From NCBI GenBank assembly GCA_964016885.1, contig OZ024758.1, positions 6,076,001-6,140,000 of the forward strand: a stretch of DNA of 64,000 nt. The letters are read 5' to 3'. Position 1 is the stretch's first letter. Each line of letters opens with the position of its first letter. The position numbers were made by a program, and so were the translations under genes. This document shows positions 60,889 to 64,000 of this stretch, piece after piece. A model generated the notes under the pieces. The model did not search any database. It was not told where the DNA came from and saw nothing but the letters and a program-made list of their open reading frames with translations. The stretch is from Eledone cirrhosa. Lineage: Eukaryota.

Positions 60889-63438
60889 TCTGTGTGTGTG
60901 TGGCCTTGGATGCTCTACAGTTGAAGAAAGGTGACTAGTCAATGGTGTGTGTGTGGGGGTGGGGTGGTGGTGCTGGATGCTCTCTTATTGTGAAGAAAGG
61001 AGACGGATAAGTGGTGGCTAAAAAGCCTTTAATTATGGGTTTGCTCAACTAGAGCCAACCTGATACTAAATCTATTTTGATACCCTAACCCAACAAACTT
61101 ATAATCTCGTTGAATCCAATCCCTCCCCGCCTCTCTTTTTAGCTTAATCTGGGACTTACCTTTCTTGACGAGGATCATACTACAGTGGTGGCTCAAAAGT
61201 TTCTTTGTTACGGTTGTGACAGGGAGTTTCATGGTGAGTTATCTTGTACTATTTTTGGGGGGTTTCACTCATTGGATTGCGGCAATGCTGGAGCACTGCA
61301 TTCAAGGTTTTTTTTTTAAAGTTAATCATATAGACACTAGTATTTATTTCAGTTTGGTACATATTATCAGGGTCGGCTGAAAAGTTCATAGGATGACCAA
61401 GATACTCTCATGGAATTATATATGTAATGTTTAAAACTTTTAATCACTAACGATCGTTTCATCCTAGCACAAGGCCGGAATCATCAGTGTATAATGTGGG
61501 TAATATTTATTATTACCCACATTATATATTCATTTATATATAGCTGCAATTATATATATATATATATATATATATACATACTCCATACCTTTCCATTTCC
61601 GCTTTTCTAAACAATGTCACGCTTCATAAACATAAACTCGGTTTTTCGTTAATCTTTCAACAGGCTTTGCACACGAAAGTAGATTCTGTCACTTCAGCAA
61701 GAGGTTCTATTGTACTGACTGTCACAGCAACGGATCAGAGGTCTTACCAGATAGGGTCCTTATGCATTGGGACTTCGAACCCGATACGGTAAATTGAAAT
61801 ACTGAGTGACTCATAAGTGTTGCGTCTCAGATATTTAACGTTTATTGATTATAATCGATAAACGTTATAATAATTATTAATGTTGAAATAACGCTGATGT
61901 TAATTTTGTCTTTCCTCCTCCTAATGCCGATTAAAATAGGTACCAGTGAAGTTTTGGGGTCAATATTAATCTACTATACCCCCACCCTACTAGTATTTGG
62001 AGCCTTGACCCTAAATCAGAAATTATTATTATTATTATTATTATTATTAGAGCGGTGGATTGGCAGTATCGGTAGAGGGTCTGACCTCCATGCTTTGCAG
62101 CATAGTTACGTCACTTTACGGTCTGAGATAATACACTGGGATAATTGCTGGCCTTGTGCCAAAAGTAGAAACAATTATTACGTTTTTTTGTTTTGTTTAC
62201 TCAATGACTTTTATACACAATGACGGAAACAAAATGGCGCCGAATTAAACACTTTGTTGTTTAGTATTTTCCATTGAGATCGACTTTGCTTCCATTTTCG
62301 CAAGCGGAATATTCAAGAACTCCGTTCGTTTAATCCTATTAAACACCACCTTCCAAAATTTGTAGTTTCTTATGTTAAAAATCTATAATACACTGTATCC
62401 ATTCTTTACAAATGTATCGTTGTTTTACTCGAATTCAAAGATTAACGGAAAAGTCATTTTATTTTCTTTGGTCTTTGTTTTTCTTTTGGTTTTGATTGCA
62501 GCAATATTTCGAGTACCTCTGTTAAGTGAGCGAGGTTAACAATCAGGGCTTAGCTTTTTCTTCTGGATATCACATTTAAATTCAACTATGCTGTGTCCAT
62601 CATCACACATTTATGAACTCCGCATTCTATGTATGTAGGCTCCCGTAGCTCCTACGGGAGTCATAGGGGCACCGTAGTGACATAGTGTTTATAGGGCATT
62701 GTTTAAACCTGGCAGAACCTATCTCCTCTCCAGGTCTGAATACAGCAGATTTCTTCCAGAGAATGAAAGTGAGAAAGAGATATAGAGGAAGAATCGTACT
62801 AAAGTGTGACATTTCTTATCGACCTTAAATGGATGAAAGGTAAAGTTGACCTTGGCGGGATTTGAACTCGAAGAGCAGAGAACTCGAAATGAATACTGCA
62901 AAGCATTTTGACAACTCGCTACCTTGAACTACCTATTAATTGTCATTAAATGTTGTCTGGCAGTCCTTTGTTTCCAAGAATTATTTATTGGTCCTCTGTT
63001 TTTCTTCATAAGACAGGGAATGTATTTCATATTTACTTATTTTGATCACATTACAATTGTAGAATCATCTCTAATTAATTTCGTATTCACTTCGTGGCAA
63101 TAATGACAGGATTTTAATTACATATTTCTGATCTTGTCAGCGTAACGTTGAATTTTAATTTTAATCTTATTTATGGAAAATCGGATAAGCTTTTTCTTTA
63201 ATGAAAGAGTAGCGTCAGAGGGTAATGAATGTGCTTATCAAACATCGAATATTCAAATCAGAAAGGTAGATAGATAGATATATAGATAGATAGATAGATG
63301 TAGATAGATATTAGATTGAAAAAGCCACAGATAAATAATAGGTTAGAAATATTCGAAAGATTTCAAAACCGAGGTAGATGAGACTCCTTGTTCACATTGG
63401 TGACAACTTTTCAGGTGATCAGTGATGAAGGTAGATGA
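51060..63438 (+). CDS. DEF8: DEF8-like protein: MGCNTS acylation motif, three C1 domains and the N-terminal part of a Rubicon-homology domain (about 290 aa as modelled)
   Basis: Exons 51060-51089, 52837-52966, 53869-53927, 54477-54633, 55539-55603, 59293-59419, 60456-60520, 61143-61233, 61664-61788, and tentatively 63415-63438. Phases are consistent. Three H-x12/13-C-x2-C-x13-C-x2-C-x4-H-x2-C-x7-C motifs, then QKFLCYGC...[15 protein letters not shown]...[13 protein letters not shown], matching the DEF8/Rubicon/PLEKHM RH motif. Probably a divergent paralog rather than the orthologue. Confidence 0.85.
51995..52325. repeat. Near-perfect inverted repeat with 155-bp arms
   Basis: 51995-52149 versus 52171-52325, one mismatch seen. 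Confidence 0.92.
52837..52966 (+). CDS. DEF8-like exon 2 (C1a, N-terminal half)
   Basis: [43 protein letters not shown]; ttcttcaag|...|gtaagt. Confidence 0.85.
53555..53765 (+). mobile_element. Second tRNA-derived SINE family (also 6940-7090, 20200-20515, 27252-27420, 28175-28580, 52495-52590)
   Basis: TGGCTGAGTGG A box, GAGTTCAATTCC B box, conserved GTCCTTGAGCAAGACA core. Confidence 0.75.
53869..53927 (+). CDS. DEF8-like exon 3 (C1a, C-terminal half)
   Basis: [20 protein letters not shown]; cttactag|...|gtaagc. Confidence 0.85.
54477..54633 (+). CDS. DEF8-like exon 4 (C1b, N-terminal half)
   Basis: GSPEIDEK...[34 protein letters not shown]; ttttcag|...|gtaagt. Confidence 0.88.
55539..55603 (+). 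CDS. DEF8-like exon 5 (C1b, C-terminal half)
   Basis: [22 protein letters not shown]; gtttcag|...CAG|gtaata. Confidence 0.85.
57620..59170 (+). mobile_element. I-group/Vingi-like LINE 3' fragment with a tandemly amplified terminus
   Basis: RLKSRKSF...WKCLNR.RSGVG...KWGY...CDCG..QT..HLL; ends GGACACGATAAGAAGAA. Confidence 0.7.
58139..59158 (+). repeat. 73-bp minisatellite, about 14 copies
   Basis: Unit ggacagcaacgtgttcagctgtggcagaaccacatctagccaagctttgtaactgacactcttgtggacaaaa. Confidence 0.95.
59293..59419 (+). CDS. DEF8-like exon 6 (C1c, N-terminal half)
   Basis: [42 protein letters not shown]. Confidence 0.88.
60066..60426 (-). repeat. Tandem array (x8) of the 45-bp SINE 5' head
   Basis: Unit gggcggtggattggcagtatcggtagagggtcggacgccatgcta, attached to one SINE body at 59920-60066. 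Confidence 0.92.
60456..60520 (+). CDS. DEF8-like exon 7 (C1c, C-terminal half)
   Basis: [22 protein letters not shown]; ttctttcag|...|gtaagt. Confidence 0.88.
61143..61233 (+). CDS. DEF8-like exon 8
   Basis: [30 protein letters not shown]; ctttttag|...|gtgagt. Confidence 0.85.
61664..61788 (+). CDS. DEF8-like exon 9 (start of the RH domain)
   Basis: [42 protein letters not shown]; caacag|...|gtaaat. Confidence 0.9.
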
Positions 63439-64000
63439 GCTACGGCTCAGTAGCAAGCTTCTGGGAAATTGTTAGACGAGGATTCGGGACTCACCAACGT
63501 CATTTTTTCCTTCGGTGAAAATCATGGACATATAACATCATATAAATAATTGGAGCAAATGACCATGATCCCTAATCCTCAACAATGAAGATGGGAAGAG
63601 ACCAGACTATATACATATTGCAATAAACAGATCAAACTAATAGTTATTGCACTATGTAATCATGTCTTAAGTATATACATCCACTAAATACGTTTTATTG
63701 ATTCTGTCTACAGGGTGGTCCGAAAGTCTTGTTACCCTCTACCAAAAAAGTAATGAGAAACAGTTTATGTTCCCATCACAGTATCGTCCTCTTCGGAGGA
63801 GCTGGTTTGTCGAATTTTGCAGTGAGGTCATGTCACACACCCTCCATGCTCTTGCCAGAATGCACATGATCATGTGTCCATAAACTTGCAAGCAGCCTTC
63901 CTTCCAAACTATAGGAGCTCGTGTCAGCCATCTGAAATAGAAAATTATATTATTATTATTATTATTATTATTATTATGGTGGCTTGGCAATATCGGTAGA

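Noticed and set aside
62225-62630. CAAAATGGCG (YY1-like) motif and short open frames as a promoter or further DEF8 exon
   Set aside because: The ATG stops after four codons, and no phase-compatible exon resembles the expected RH continuation

Overview
AT-rich, repeat-dense eukaryotic DNA, most likely an octopod cephalopod (inferred from a dominant tRNA-derived SINE resembling the Octopus OK family). Most long ORFs in the track are microsatellite artefacts. Reading splice signals by hand gives four intron-containing genes. (A) + strand, 3104-24427: a 113-aa secreted precursor built from six symmetric phase-1 micro-exons. (GPCR) - strand, 34506-32315: a 370-aa class A receptor of the FMRFamide/sex-peptide-receptor type. 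(B) - strand, 49159-38655: an apparent paralog of A with the same split signal peptide and phase-1 micro-exons, plus a large (TTTTKEP)n mucin exon. (D) + strand, 51060-63438: a DEF8-like gene with an MGCxxS acylation motif, three tandem C1 domains and a possibly truncated Rubicon-homology domain. Introns and intergenic DNA carry a Penelope-like element, several Penelope-derived hairpins with hammerhead ribozyme cores, RTE, Tx1, CRE, R4 and Vingi-like LINE fragments, Helitrons, MITEs, SINEs and minisatellites. The best candidate for an undescribed system is the A/B family of secreted micro-exon genes. All gene models are manual predictions with no transcript evidence.
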